DNA from: Felis catus
Lineage: Eukaryota
Direction of reading: 5' to 3'
DNA: 64,000 nt
Assembly: GCF_018350175.1 (NCBI RefSeq)
Contig: NC_058368.1
Location: 104,224,001 to 104,288,000, forward strand
Of the stretch, positions 42,065 through 55,373 are shown one piece after another. A program made the position numbers and the translations under genes. The number at the start of each line of letters is the position of its first letter. Position 1 is the stretch's first letter. Under the pieces are notes generated by a model that saw nothing but the letters and a program-made list of their open reading frames with translations, did no database searches and was not told the DNA's origin.

Positions 42065-42196
42065 CAGGGTGACCATATAATTTAGCATCCAAACAGGGAT
42101 GCTTTTGTGTGTGAAAGAGGGAGGTATAAATTATGCTGGGACAACTGGCATGAATGGAACTTGCCCTTTGCAAACTGGGACAAGATGGTCATCCTA
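42065..42196. mobile_element. hAT-Blackjack MITE (MER94-like)
   Basis: Terminal inverted repeats agggtgaccat / atggtcatcct, ~132 bp, internal gggac repeats. Confidence 0.8.
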
Positions 42197-42974
42197 CCTC
42201 AGACTTCTTCTCTGCACGAGCTGGCTGCTTTCTGACTCCACCTGTGTCTCCCACCATACTTGGTCTTGCTCTCTCCTCACTCTGAAGTCCTTTATTCAAC
42301 CTTGTTTACTACGCTCCCTGTTAATAGGTCCTTTGCAGAAGTGATTTCCTTGTCTGGACTTCTCTTGTCCTTGGGTTAACGTCTCATCTCTCTGATGTCC
42401 ACTGCATCCATTTTTTAGGGAAGTCCTTCCTGACTATCAGATGTTTTCAATTTGAGTCTTGGGAAAAAAGAAAAAAACAAAACAAAGCAAAAAACAACCC
42501 AGGACTATACAGCAGTGTGTATGTGTGTACATAATTTAAGGACTCCAAGGATTCTCCCAAGGCTTCTCATAAAAAGAAATTACCTTCAACTATTTTCACT
42601 GCTCATTTGGAATTTTTACCTAAATGACATTATTGACTTTGTGCTTTGAAAGATGGGGAATTGAGTTCTTCATTGTGTTCTCCATAACACATTTTCTTCC
42701 TGTGACTGGCCTTGTACATTTACATTATATTTTGGACTGGTTTAGATCAGTTTTTTGGTATTTAAAGTATTAATTTAGTGTGGTGCTACAGATGCTTCTT
42801 TAACACCAATTAGCTCATATTTGGCTTTTAAATCGAGAAATGATATTACTGTAATTGGAGGTTGTATTGCTTTATATGTGACTTTTCCTAGTAAAGGAAC
42901 CAGAAGGTCAAGAGTAGAATTTAGAGGTAGAGAAAGCCTTCAGTTGCACTTTCAGCTGTGTGTTATTTTAGTTT

Positions 42975-43310
42975 TATTATTTTTTAATGGAAGTGTAGTT
43001 GACACACTGTTAACATTAGGTTCAGGTATACAACATAGTGATTCCATACTTGTATACTTACCCTGTGCTCACCACAAGTGTAGCTGCTGTCTGTTAAGGT
43101 ATGACTCTACTTGAATACCATTGTACAACTCTGTTACAATACCAGTGACTGTGTTCCCTGTACTGTGCCTTTATCCTTGTGACTTATTCATTAGGTAACT
43201 GGAAGCCTGTATTTTCCTCTCCCCTTCAACTATTTTGCCCACGCCCCTCCCCTCTGGTAACCATCTGTTTGTTCTCTGCATTTATGAGTCTGTTTCTGCT
43301 TTTCACCTTT
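42975..43310 (-). mobile_element. L1 3'UTR fragment (carnivore type)
   Basis: ttcaggtatacaacatagtgatt, cccctctggtaaccatctgtttgttctctgcatttatgagtctgtttctg. Confidence 0.8.
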
Positions 43311-43832
43311 TTTTGAAGAAGATTAAACATGAGTGCTGCTCCCAGGATTCCCTCTCCCAAACAGGTACATTCCCTTTGGTATGTTCAGAGCTCTACTTCT
43401 TTCTGTCTCGTCTCAATTCCCGCAAGCCTGCATGACCACTCTTGTGCATTTATAAGTATCTCTTGAGGTAGTTATAGCCACACAACTCTCTGCCTGGGTT
43501 GTCCAAGTCATTTCTTGAGGTACTAGTTTTATATTATTATTGCTAGTGCTCTTGTTACAAAACTGCATAGGTTTTGAGAGGATTGTTCCAACTTTATGTT
43601 TCCATTTGATTTGTTAGTGGAAGGGTTTTCAGGAACACATGTGTTATGGCAGAAATGCCTGGACGTACTATGGACATAATCTCCCACAGAACTCAGTAGT
43701 CATTAGTTTTTCTTCCCTATACCATCTTTTGTTTACTTACGGAAATGGCATTTTTTCCCACTTAGTTTTATCTAATTATATAGAAAGACTTGATACTAAC
43801 TCTTAAAACATCAAGTCATTTGGAATCATGAG

Positions 43833-44051
43833 TTTTTTTTTAAATTTTTTTTTTTAACATTTATTTATTTTTGAGATAGAGACAGAGCATGAACGGGGGA
43901 GGGGCAGAGAGAGAGGGAGACACAGAATCGGAGACGGGCTCCAGGCTCTGAGCCATCAGCCCAGAGCCTGACGCGGGGCTCGAACTCACGGACCGCGAGA
44001 TCGTGACCTGGCTGAAGTCGGACGCTTAACCGACTGCGCCACCCAGGCGCC
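43833..44051 (-). mobile_element. Young SINEC_Fc
   Basis: Diagnostic gagatcgtgacctggctgaagtcggacg; CpGs intact. Confidence 0.93.
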
Positions 44052-44206
44052 TCTATAGTATCCTTTTTTTGATCCAGTTCTGAAGTTTCTTAAGAATGTC
44101 CCTTGGTGTGGATCTCTTTTCCTTCCATTGTGCTGGTCATGTGGTGATAGTTTTTCATTCTGGAAATTCATGTCTTTCAGTCCTTGGCAACTTTAAAAAA
44201 TTATTT

Positions 44207-44332
44207 GAGGTGACGAGTGGCTCTGTTGGTTGACATCTGACCCTTAATCTCGGCTCAGGTCATGATCTCATGGTTTGTAAGATTGAGCCCCACATGGGCC
44301 TCTGGCACTAACAATGTGGAGCCTGCTTGGGA

Positions 44333-44385
<53 letters not shown>

Positions 44386-44402
44386 AAAATAAATATATAA
44401 AC
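44207..44402 (+). mobile_element. Can-SINE with expanded (CT)n
   Basis: ggctcaggtcatgatctc, long (CT)n, caaaataaat. Confidence 0.85.
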
Positions 44403-45038
44403 AACACATTCTTTTATTCATGGTTCTCTCCTATTTTATACTTTCTGAGACTCATGTGATTCAGATGTTGGACTTCTTAAATTTTTAGTTTTCTCATTTA
44501 AAACTTTTTTTTCTCTGGTAGATATTCTCCATTTTACCTTCCAGTTTTTGCTGTCCTGTTTTAAATTTCTAATAGCTTCTTTTTACTGTCTCGATGTTTC
44601 CTTATAGTATCTTGATCTTGTTTACATTTCGTAGGTGCAGTACTTCCTCTTACCTTTTAAGAAGTCTCTTTTCCTTCACAGTTTTTGTTTGCTCCAAGTT
44701 AATTTCTTTTTCTGTTTATTTAGGTCTTTGTGTCTCACTGCAGGAAATGGAATCCACTAGATATTTTAAGCAGAAAAGAAAACAATATGGGATGCAGGTG
44801 GTTAGAAAAAATTATTAAAAGCGTTAGAGAGCTAGAATGATGGCTAGAACACTGTAGATTCTGGGAGCTTTTATGTCTCAGGCACCATTGAAGCCACTGA
44901 ATTAAAAAAAAACAAAAAACAGTTTATAGTTACAGTTCAGGACCAGGAAGCTGCCACTGCTGTTGCTGCAAACACCTGCCCCATGACACCTAGCAAACTG
45001 GAGATGGACATTGGGACACTGTTTTGGAAAAACTTCAG

Positions 45039-46232
45039 ACCAGAAAAACGTCACATACCAATGTCTCTTACGAATATAGGTGCAAAAATTCCTGACCAAA
45101 TACTAGCAAACCAAACCTACCAACATGTAAAAGGACTATATACTATCTCCATGTGGATTTTTTTACTTTTTTGTTTTGTTTTGTTTTTTAAAGTAGGCTC
45201 CATGCCCAGCGGGGGCCCCAATGCAGGGCTTGAACTCCCAACCCTGAGATCAAGACCTGAGCTGGTGCTTAGGTCCCCTGATCATGTGGGTTTTATATTG
45301 GGAATGCAAGGTTGGTTCAGTCTGTGAAAGTCTATAATGTAATAAACCATATTAATAGAATGAAGGGCAAAAACCCTCTCACTAGATGCATAAGAAATAT
45401 TTGACAAAGTACACTGCTCTTTCATTGTAAAAATATTCGAATGAGGAATAAAAGGGAGCTTCTTAACCTGATGAAGAGTATCTATGAAAAATTTACGGCT
45501 AATATACTGGATGGTCAAGACTGGCTGCTTTCTTCCTAAGACCAGGAACAGGACAAGGTTGCTCACTGTCACTACTTGTTAACATTATCAGTGTACCGGG
45601 CGTTCTAGCCAGGGCGATTCGGCAAGAAAAAGAAGTAAAAGGCATCCACATTAGGAACGGAGTGGTAAAACTGTTTCTATTTGCAGGTGCCATGCTTTCA
45701 TAGGCGATCCTAAGGAATTTAATAAAAAAAACAAAAGCAAAACTCTTGAGAGCTAGTAAGTTCAACAAAGTTTACGACATGGGAGCAATATACAGAACTC
45801 AAGTATATTTCTGTACATTAGCCATGAAGAATGAGCAGTCTAAAAATGAAGGTAAGAAAACTCCATTTTTAGCAGCATCAGAGGGAATGAATTACATAGG
45901 AATAAATTGAACAGAAGTATAAGACTTGTACACTGAAAACTATAAATGAAAGAAGACCTACATAAATGGAAAGATATCCCATGTTTATGGATTGGAAGAT
46001 GTTAAGGTGCCATTTCTCCTCAAATTGACCTGCAGATTCAGTGCAATCTCTATCAAAGTCACAGCTGCCTTTTTGCAGACGTTGACAAGTTAAGCCTAAA
46101 ATTCATACAGAAATTTGTGGTACCCAGAGTAGCCAAAACAATCTTGACAAAAAACAAAATTGGAGGATTCAGTTTCTGATTTTAAATTTCACTCCAAAGC
46201 TCCATTAATGTGTGTGTTATTGCATAAGGACA
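45039..46232 (+). mobile_element. Old LINE-1 ORF2 (RT-region) fragment interrupted by a SINE
   Basis: Degenerate RT motifs PMSLTNIGAKIPDQILAN ... VGFILGMQGWF and LFLFAG; ends at ttattgcataaggacaga. Confidence 0.88.
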
Positions 46233-48903
46233 GAAAAGCTTCAGGTTTTAATGATTGGTTTTCAGCAGGAAAATTGCCACAAGGACCAAGAAGGTGGTCC
46301 TGTGGTACTTCCTTCTTCCATACTCCTTATAGGTGCATTAGAGTTCCTCATTTTCCTGCCATATCCTAGCGTCTAGGCATTCTGGAAAATGTAATTTTTA
46401 CCTTTCCAGTTGAGGAAAGCACAACTAGGAGGATGGAACAGACGTTGGGTGAGTTAATCCACATGAGAGTCTTTCTCAGTTGTCTGATGACTGTTGTATG
46501 TCCCTTTATATTCAGAAGTGTTCCTCAGAAGCTGATAGAAAGCTGTGTGCATAAGTGGGGCTTCTTGACCAAGCTTCCCGGGGGTGATAGGGCAGGATCA
46601 CGTCACTGAGAATACCCACTGTCATGTTTTCAAGTCTTCCTTGGGCTCTGCTGCCCAGCCTGCTGTAAGCTGAGAGAGGCTGAGAGCGGGTTTGGTGTCT
46701 GGAGAGTCCACTGAGCTCCCCTACCCTCTGTGTGGTACTGCTGCCTTCAGGTGTGTTGTGTAACTACCAGGTCTAGGAATCTGCCCCACTCTCCTCAGAG
46801 AGGAGATCTTTCATCTTTGCCATGGTGGATGAGGGTCCTTTGACCCAGGAGTGTGGTATGGAGTGGTTATTTGCTTTGCTTTGTAATAGATTGTCAGCTA
46901 GTTATACTTCGGAGTTACCAAGGTATCTCTTGTTATCAACAACATCTGCAGTATAAAGTAGGTTACTTCTCAGATATCCCTGTGCCTGGCTTAGGATTCA
47001 GCACTCTTGTGTTGGCTAAGCTCATTTTCACTTATCCATCCATGTTCAGCTTCCAAGATTTTGTCATTTTCCCTTTGCCTTTGTCATTGTGAATTTGTGC
47101 CTTTGCTTGTTTTAGTTGGGTTTCTGGAGTCATGTGTAATGTGATGTTTTAACCCAGAAGTTTCGGGAGTCCCGTTTAATGTGACATTTTTACCCTGAAG
47201 TTGTATCATGTACTCTTGGAGCGCTGTGTATCAAGAAGGCTGCCGACAAATTTGATGTGTTAAGACAATTCTATATGATTGATTGATTCCTTCATGAGAG
47301 TGGAGTCTCTTTGTGGACAGGGTTAGTGTCTGACTTTGTTTCCTGTTGTATCAGTACATTTTTCCAGTACCCTCTAGGCTCTCCTAAGATAATTATTGAC
47401 TTAATGATTACCATTTTCTCAGGAGGCTATTTTCCTACAAGATTGGGTTGTGTGAAACCCATAGAGGAGCAGTAAAGTAGTCATACTAGTAATTTCTAAC
47501 TTGTTTTTCTGATTTAATTTCCTTCAAAGTATTGATTACCTCTGCCATATATAAATGTGTTTACTTTGTGCCTCTACCTACCAGAAAATACCTTCCATAA
47601 GAGCAGGGACTTGTTATATTTTGTTCACTGCTGGTTTCCAAGCCCTCTGATAAATGGTCAGGCACACAGTGGCGGTTACTGGTTTTTTTGTTTTTTTTTT
47701 TTTCCTTAATAAGTCATTTTTTGTTAGGATTTAAGGTCTAAGTCTGTGCTATAAGCAAGCACAGAAGTAACTATGTGAATCTCTTTCGTTCGAAGAAATA
47801 GATGTGAGGTCCAGTTTGAGTCTTATTTGGTATTTTTCCTAATTACAATCTAATTTCAATTAGGTTTTGCCTGATTGTGATTGGATTACTGCTAATTTGT
47901 TGACTGCTCAGCTTCTTGAATAACTAGCAGAATTTTACTCCCACAAAAAAATATTAATTTCAACCTTTGGGCTTGTATAGAAGCATCTTAGTCCTTTTAC
48001 TTGTGCCAGAGGAGACCCTCGTTCATGGAAATTGTGATCATATGACTTTCTAGAGATTTTGTGTATTACATTGAGCTTAATTGCAGAGGAATTCATTTAT
48101 TTTCCTCAGTAAAACTACTGTTGATCACATTCCTTTTTCCTTTGGAAAGGAAGATACTTTGGGGACAGAATTGAAGCTGGTGAATGAATATTGGAGCAAA
48201 TGCTTATTTAACAGCATTTTGAGTACATTGTTATTTGAAATAGATTAGTTTAAAGACAAAGTTTGTGTTTGGGTATATTAATAATCCTTACCTTAAATTC
48301 AAAGGGAAGTTTATTTTTTCTTAAAAAGCCTAGACCATGGTTAGATAGATGGTAAAGGCCATGTTCATTTTGAACTCCAGGTGTGAAGAGAGCCTCGGAA
48401 GTTGCACTGATAGTCACTTGAATGATTGCTGTCGTGTGGAGTGGTGTCCAGCTGCCATCAGACAACTGTCAGAAGAAGCTTACGGTGTATCCCAGCACAG
48501 GGCTCAAACAGCTGGCCATACTTGGCCTGGCTGTCCGTGTAGAGTAGGTCTCTTCTGGGGGATTTAAAATCCTTGCTTTGTGGTTATGTTAGAAATAACG
48601 GTTTATATAGAATGGTTTCTGTTAGGTTATATCTGGCTGTAGGTGAAAAACGAAATAGCTTTTCCATTTCACCCTCTGTCATTTATTTGTTTTTTCTAAA
48701 TAAGAATGGTCCTGAAGTGAAATGTTAGTGCTGAGTGCTGAGTTAAGAAAGGCAGCTGGACAGAGAAGGGGTGTCATTGGCATGGATTTCTTGTGTTCAT
48801 TTTTCATTTTTTTTTATCATCTCATTTCTATCTAGGGTATCACGATACGTGCATTAGGGAAAATTTTCAATCTGTTTGTTGTGTCTGTTCTTCAAAAAAA
48901 ATA

Positions 48904-48947
48904 TTTTAATGTTTTTATTTTTGAGAGAGAGAGTGCAAGCAGACAGG

Positions 48948-49010
<63 letters not shown>

Positions 49011-49130
49011 CTCTAAAGCAGGCTCCAGGCTGTTAACACAGAGCTTACTGTGGGCCTTGAACCCATGAACCCTGAGGTCATGACCTGAGCCGAAGTCAGA
49101 CACTTAACCGACTGAGCCACCCAGGTGCCT
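48904..49130 (-). mobile_element. Can-SINE with expanded (AG)n
   Basis: ~50-bp (AG)n, gccacccaggtgcc. Confidence 0.9.
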
Positions 49131-49893
49131 CGAGCGTCTATTTTTCTATAAGATGAACCTGACAATCTTTAAGGGCTTCTCCCAATTGCTAAGAAGTGAT
49201 CTAAGAAACCAGAGTTGCATAGTATTTTGCTGTAGAATATTATGAGTGGATTTTAAAACTGACTTGAGAGTGGTCTATTTTTGGTTTCCTTACACTGTTC
49301 TTTTGTCTGACCTGTTAAAGTAGTAATAAAAAACCGCACATACTTGTATTTCTATTTTTTATTTAGAAGCATGAATATTCCTGGTCTGGTTTTTTGTTTT
49401 GTTTTTGTTTTGTTTGTCAAATTTAGAGCTTTTACAATTCTATATTCTTAAGTCTCTCAGTATTTATTGAACACAAATTTTTGCCCTTGTCCATGCTTGG
49501 TTATATGCAGCATAATAATCTTTGGTGAATTTCATGGAAATGACATTTAATATCCAGAAACTTTATTTATTTACTTACTTTCTTACATACATACAGAAAC
49601 TACATACCTTTATAGGTATGTAATTATTAGAACAACTGAGAGACCATCTATAATTTGGGTCTCTTATTTTGAATTGCCTAATGGAACTCTTTGTGCCCAT
49701 ATATACTCTATATATGAAAATCAAAGAACAAGGGCAAAAGGGCTTTTTTGAGAAAATACCTTGAAAATTATGGCACTTGTGACAGAAGGAAACCAAACCG
49801 AAGCAAAGCATGTGTATAGTTCCTATCCTGAAAACTAACACAGATTCTTTGTTCACAGATACATTGTAGGTGATACAGAGAAGCTGAGCTCCA

Positions 49894-50008
49894 GGGTGGG
49901 TGCTTGGATTGCTGGGTCAGTAGAGCATGTGACTTAATCTCAGGGTCTTGAGTTCAAACCTCATGTGGAGCTTACTTAAAATTAAAAAAAAAAAAAAAAA
50001 AAAAAAAA
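49894..50008 (+). mobile_element. Short Can-SINE with ~25-nt A-tail
   Basis: TSD aag(c/t)tgagctcca. Confidence 0.8.
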
Positions 50009-50464
50009 GTTGAGCTCCAAGATTTTTTTTGTATTTGTGCTACTGGCCAAACTAGACAATTCATTTAGCTGAGCATTTGTGATACAAACTGACCTGTGTG
50101 ACCAACAAAATGTTAACAGAAGGGCAATAATTTGCCATTATCTAATTAAACTGTTGTGTAATGAGTTTCAGATTATGTTCTAAGTGTGTGTCCCTCTAAG
50201 TTTACTTCTTGGTTCCTGTTTTACACTAGTTCTTTGTTACTGTTTAAGTGGTTAATTATATTAATTCATTTTCAAATAGTTACTGTCATATGCTTATTAG
50301 GTCTTCAGTCACTTTCTGTGTGTTCTGTGTATGTAGTATGACTTTATTTAAAAAGTGCTCTACATTTATTACCTAGTAATGATGTATTTTCCCTAAGAGC
50401 TACCTTGAACATTCATTTTCTAGTGATTCTGTAATTGAGTGCATTTTATTTTTTAAATAAAAAA

Positions 50465-50662
50465 CTTTTTTTTTAAGTTTATATATTTGTTTTGAGAGAG
50501 AGAGTGTGAGCTTGAACCAAAGAAGGGGAGAGAAAGAATCCTAAGCAGGTTCCATGTTTGCACAGAGCCCGATGTGGGGCTCAAGCTCATGAATCATGAG
50601 ATCATGACCTGAGCCAAAATCAAGAGTTGAATGCTTAAGCAACTGAGCCACCCAGGCACACC
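50465..50662 (-). mobile_element. Can-SINE
   Basis: TSD agtgcatttt. Confidence 0.88.
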
Positions 50663-51282
50663 TCAAGTGCATTTTTGAATCTCCCATTTCTTTATTGGTG
50701 GAGGTTGTCGGAGTTGGGTTCACTTAGACAAAATGAAGGATACTTCAGTAGGAGACTTGAATCTTCCAAATGGGAAGGGTAGTGCAGACATTGAAGCAAG
50801 CTCAAGCACTGAGTTCCAGAGCCAGTAATTCAGTGCAGAAGCTAGGTTTGAAATTATGATCCTAAGACAAGTCAAGGTCAAAGAGGTGGTAGGATGAAAA
50901 ACCAAGATGGTGAAAACAGTGAAGTACAGTGGTGTTGTTGGTAAATAGAAGGTGATCAGGAGTAATTCCGAAAGTGGCAAGTAAGCAGTTGCATTCAGGT
51001 TAGTCAGATAGACCCCAGGAGATTGTAGGCTGCTTCCCAAAAGTTAATGGTACTAGGTTCTCTTGGGAAAGTATATCCATGCTGTATCATTGAAACTATG
51101 TCTGTTACTCTTGAGCCATTGCTATAGGATATTAACAGGAATGTAGGTGTCTCCTGTCAAGCTGATTATTTAATGGTCATATATTTGATTGGACCTGGTT
51201 ACTTGTTATGCCTGGTGAAATTCAAGTTTTCTTGAAATGAAAGCTTTCGTTTTATTCATATTATTTTTATTAAGGGAAGCAA

Positions 51283-51477
51283 TTTTTTTTAAAGTTTATT
51301 TTATTTATTTTGAGAGAGAGTGAACTGGCAGGGTAGGGGCAGAGAGAGAATTCCAAGCAGGCTCTGTGCCGTCCGTGCACAGCCCAACACGGGGCTCGAT
51401 CTTAGGAACCATGAGATCACGACCTGAGCTGAAATCAAGAATCAGACGCTTACCTGACTGAGCCACCCAGGCGGCCC
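51283..51477 (-). mobile_element. Can-SINE
   Basis: TSD agggaagca. Confidence 0.88.
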
Positions 51478-51753
51478 TGAGGGAAGCAGTACTTAATTAC
51501 GATGGAGTGTCAACTACATTTTATAAAGGTTTTCTGGGCTGCATTTGGAGTTTCTGTTCATCTGTAAGCATCTGCTGTAAACGAGCATGTTTTCTGACTT
51601 AATATTTAGCAGTGTGCATATTTCTAGTGGTAGATTCACATGCTGAATGAATGTAAATGAAAACACAGGAAAGTCTCATTATCTGGAGGTGGGGAATAAC
51701 TTAGGGTAGGTCAGCAACTATGAAGAGATCCAGTTAGGAAATACTGTCAAAGA

Positions 51754-51956
51754 GGGGCGTCTGGGTGGCTCATTGATTAAGTGTTCAACTTGAGCTCAGG
51801 TCATGATCTCAATGGTTCATGGGTTCGAGCCCCGTGTTGAGTTCTGCGCTGACAGCTCAGAGCCTGGAGCCTCCTTTGGATTCTGTGTCTCCCTATCTCT
51901 CTGCCCCTCCCCCACCCACACTCTGTCTTTCTCTCTCAAAAATAAACAACAGTAAA
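51754..51956 (+). mobile_element. Can-SINE
   Basis: TSD aaata(c/t)tgtcaaaga. Confidence 0.92.
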
Positions 51957-53208
51957 ATATTGTCAAAGAAAAATGCCCACCATGCCCTTAAGCGATAGCT
52001 TCTGGTAACTTTGGTCTCCTGTCTCAGTTGCTGTTTGTTCCGGGGTAGCGTCAGATGCTACTCTATGCTTAGGTGGTGGCTATAGTCAATTAATGTGTTA
52101 TGTTTTAGGATGTCAGTTCCACGGGTTTTTGTAATTTGACCAAGCACTGATAATTAGATCAAGACTTCCTGTGTCCTTTGTAATGAGTGAAAAATAATAA
52201 TGCAGTTAGAAAACTGTCACAAGATTATGTGCTTTCTGCACAGCTCCCATGTGTCCTTGGTATTGGCAGCTCATGTGCCAGGTAAAACTCATTGATTTCA
52301 TAGCTTATTAGATTGAAAGTTGCATGTGATCTTCATAATTTTCTTATGATACATCCAGCCTAGGAAATTGGCAAGGGGATAGGGAGGGCCTCTGGTAATG
52401 TGAATTGTAGAGATGATAGAAGTATCACAGTTATTTTTTCCTTCTAGGAAAAAACATGGTATTTTTATATAGCGGGAAAAAGCAGAGTGAGTTTTTCTGG
52501 GGACTGTATGGGGGAATTTCTTTTAAGAATTACCAAAACAGTCATTATCTACAGATTGTGTAGAAGTTAGAGGGTAGTAAGTCATGGCCCTTGCCCTGAA
52601 AGAGTTTCAGTCTGTTGAAGTAGCCGAGTACATCCACAAACACGGGTTTGTATGGAAAGGGTAATATAAGATAGGTGCAAGGTGTAGTTATTTAACTCTC
52701 TTCCTTTTCCATCTTGTACCCGGGCACATAAAGCTTTTATTTGTAATTTTAAGCACATTTTCAACTTCTGACTTCTTTTCTGCCTAATTACTAATGTGAC
52801 AAAGCTTTAAGAAAGAATTTGTAATGGAATAATTTATATTTTTACAGATTGGCAATGGTATAAGCAGCTAAGAACTTGACACCAAGTTTCGGCTGGTACC
52901 ATTGGGTGGCTCAAGGTACCACACATCAGTATATCCTCCTCTCATCCATCCACTTTACTCCACCACTCTTTGGTCTTGATTGTTGTTGCAGAATTCACCA
53001 AATTCTAGTCCTGTACTAGTGTACCATCTTACTTTTGACTTCTTGGATTTCCTGTACTTTTCAAGATGTTGCACGGTTTCTATCATTTACACTGTGACAT
53101 TCTGAATTTGGAAATGTGCATGTTTCATTATCCATTAAATCAGTGAAATCAAATAGAACATGCCATAGCCTATAACATGGGTGTGATTTTTAAAATTCGG
53201 TATCCTTT

Positions 53209-54580
53209 CTGGCACAAAAACAGACACACAGACCAGTGGAATAGAATAGAGACTCCAGAATTGGACCCACAAACGTATGGCCAACTCATCTTTGACAAAG
53301 CAGGAAAGAATATCCAATGGAAAACAGTGTCTTTAACAAATGGTGCTGGGAGAACTGGACAGCAACATGCAGAAGAATGAAAGTAGACGACTTTCTCACA
53401 CCATTCACAAAAATAAACTCAAAATGGATAAAGGACCTGAATGTGAGACAGGAAACCATCAAAACCCTAGAGGAGAAAGCAGGAAAAAATCTCTTTCACC
53501 TCAGCAGCAGCAATTTCTTACTTGACACATCTCCAAAGGCAAGGGAATTAAAAGGAAAAATGAACTATTGGGACCTCATGAAGATAAAAAGCTTCTGCAC
53601 AGCAAAGGAAACAACCAACAAAACTAAAAGGCAACCGACAGAATGGGAAAAGATACTTGCAAATGACATAGCGGACAAAGAGCTAGTACCCAAAATCTAT
53701 AAAGAGGTCACCAAACTCCACACCCGAAAAACAAATGATCCAGTGAAGAAATGGGCAGAAGACATGAATAGACACTTCTCTAAAGAAGACATCCAGATGG
53801 CCAAAAGGCACATGAAAAGATGCTCAACGTTGCTCCTCATCAGGAAAATACAAATCAAAACCACACTCAGATACCACCTCACGCCAGTCAGAGTGGCTAA
53901 AATGAACAAATTAGGAGACTATAGATGCTGGAGAGGATGTGGAGAAACGGGAACCCTCTTGCACTGTTGGTGGGAATGCAAACTGGTGCAGCCACTCTGG
54001 AAAACAGTGTGGAGGTTCCTGAAAACATTAAAAATAGACCTACCCTATGACCCAGCAATAGCACTGCTAGGAATTTACCCAAGGGATACAGGAGTACTGA
54101 TGCCTAGGGGCACTTGTACCCCAGTGTTTATAGCAGCACTCTCAACAATAGCCAAATTATGGAAAGAGCCGAAATGTCCATCAACTGATGAATGGATAAA
54201 GAAATTGTGGTTTATATACACAATGAAATAATACGTGGCAATGAGAAAGAATGAAATATGGCCCTTTGTAGCAACGTGGATGGAACTGGAGAGTGTGATG
54301 CTAAGTGAAATAAGTCATACAGAGAAAGACAGATACCCTATGTTTTCACTCTTATGTGGATCCTGAGAAACTTAACAGAAGACCATGGGGGAGGGGAAGG
54401 AAAAAAAAAAAAGAGAGGGAGGGAGGCAAACCATAAGAGACTCTTAAAAACTGAGAACAATCTGAGGGTTGATGGGTGGGAGGGGGGGGTAGGTGATGGG
54501 TATTGAGAAGGGCACCTGTTGGGATGAGCATTGGGTGTTGTATGGAAACTAATTTGACAATAAATTTCATATTAAAAAAA
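53209..54580 (+). mobile_element. 5'-truncated young LINE-1 (L1_Fc-like): ORF2 C-terminus, 3'UTR, A-tail
   Basis: ORF2 peptides [14 protein letters not shown] and [18 protein letters not shown] (CCHC); frameshift near 53320, premature TAA 54229; AATAAA 54559; 21-bp TSD aaaattc(g/a)gtatcctttctgg at 53192-53212 and 54579-54599; TT|AAAA endonuclease site. Confidence 0.97.
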
Positions 54581-54738
54581 AATTCAGTATCCTTTCTGGT
54601 AGACCGTTTGGTTTCTGGGAAGCACAGGTTCTCTTTCCTGCCAAGAGGTACCACATTTGGAAGCACTACATAATGATCTGAGATTTAAATATTAGATACT
54701 GGTACCTAATAGTACCTAATATAGATACTGTGAGTATA

Positions 54739-55327
54739 CAACCCACACTCAGTTCTGGTCCTTCTAGCAACCTGGCCTGGGCCACGTGCCTGTGAAAGAC
54801 AGGCTTTCCTTCTCCCAATCCAAAGTACCCCCCCCCCAAACACACACACACTGGATACTGGGGGGTGGGGAGATACTTGGAGCTTGGGCCTGCCTCTAGC
54901 CAGACCTCACAGGCTCCTACTTGGCCAGGCTTCTAAATGTCAGCTTGCAACGCCCCACCCCTGCTCCCTGGTTGTCCTTGGAGCCCCTTGCCCCTTGGGA
55001 CAAGGCAGTCCCCCACCACACAGGCCCCACAGGATAAGGCACATGGCAGGGAGGGCTGGCCTCACAGGCTGTGACCCCAGACTACAGACCTGGTCAGTTA
55101 CCGGGTAAGACTCCTTCCTTGCCCAGGCAGGGGCAGACCCCGCCCTTCTCAAGACTCAGTCTTTCAGAACCTGTGGCCAATTTCTGCCCATTGCCCCCAC
55201 GCCCAGCCTGAATCTTACCAAGGCCCTCTCTGCCACCACCCAACCCCAGGCCCCAAATGTGGGCTCAGTCTGTAGCCCCTTAATTTATTCACTCACTCAG
55301 CAATAAATAAGCCACGTGTTATGCACA

Positions 55328-55372
<45 letters not shown>
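54739..55372 (+). pseudogene. Candidate 5'-truncated retrocopy of an unidentified mRNA 3'UTR
   Basis: GC-rich block in an AT-rich intron; AATAAA 55302-55307 followed ~20 nt later by (AC)21 in the tail position; degenerate flanking repeat. Confidence 0.5.
55329..55370. repeat. (AC)21 microsatellite
   Basis: Perfect dinucleotide run. Confidence 0.97.

Positions 55373-55373
<1 letters not shown>

Noticed and set aside
46210..53225. The old L1 ends at about the same ORF2 position (HKDR) where the young L1 begins (WHKNR), suggesting one split element
   Set aside because: Very different divergence levels, and each has its own flanking duplication; treated as coincidence
54600..55372. GC-rich block as a 3' transduction of the adjacent L1
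   Set aside because: The L1's TSD closes at 54599, so the block lies outside that insertion
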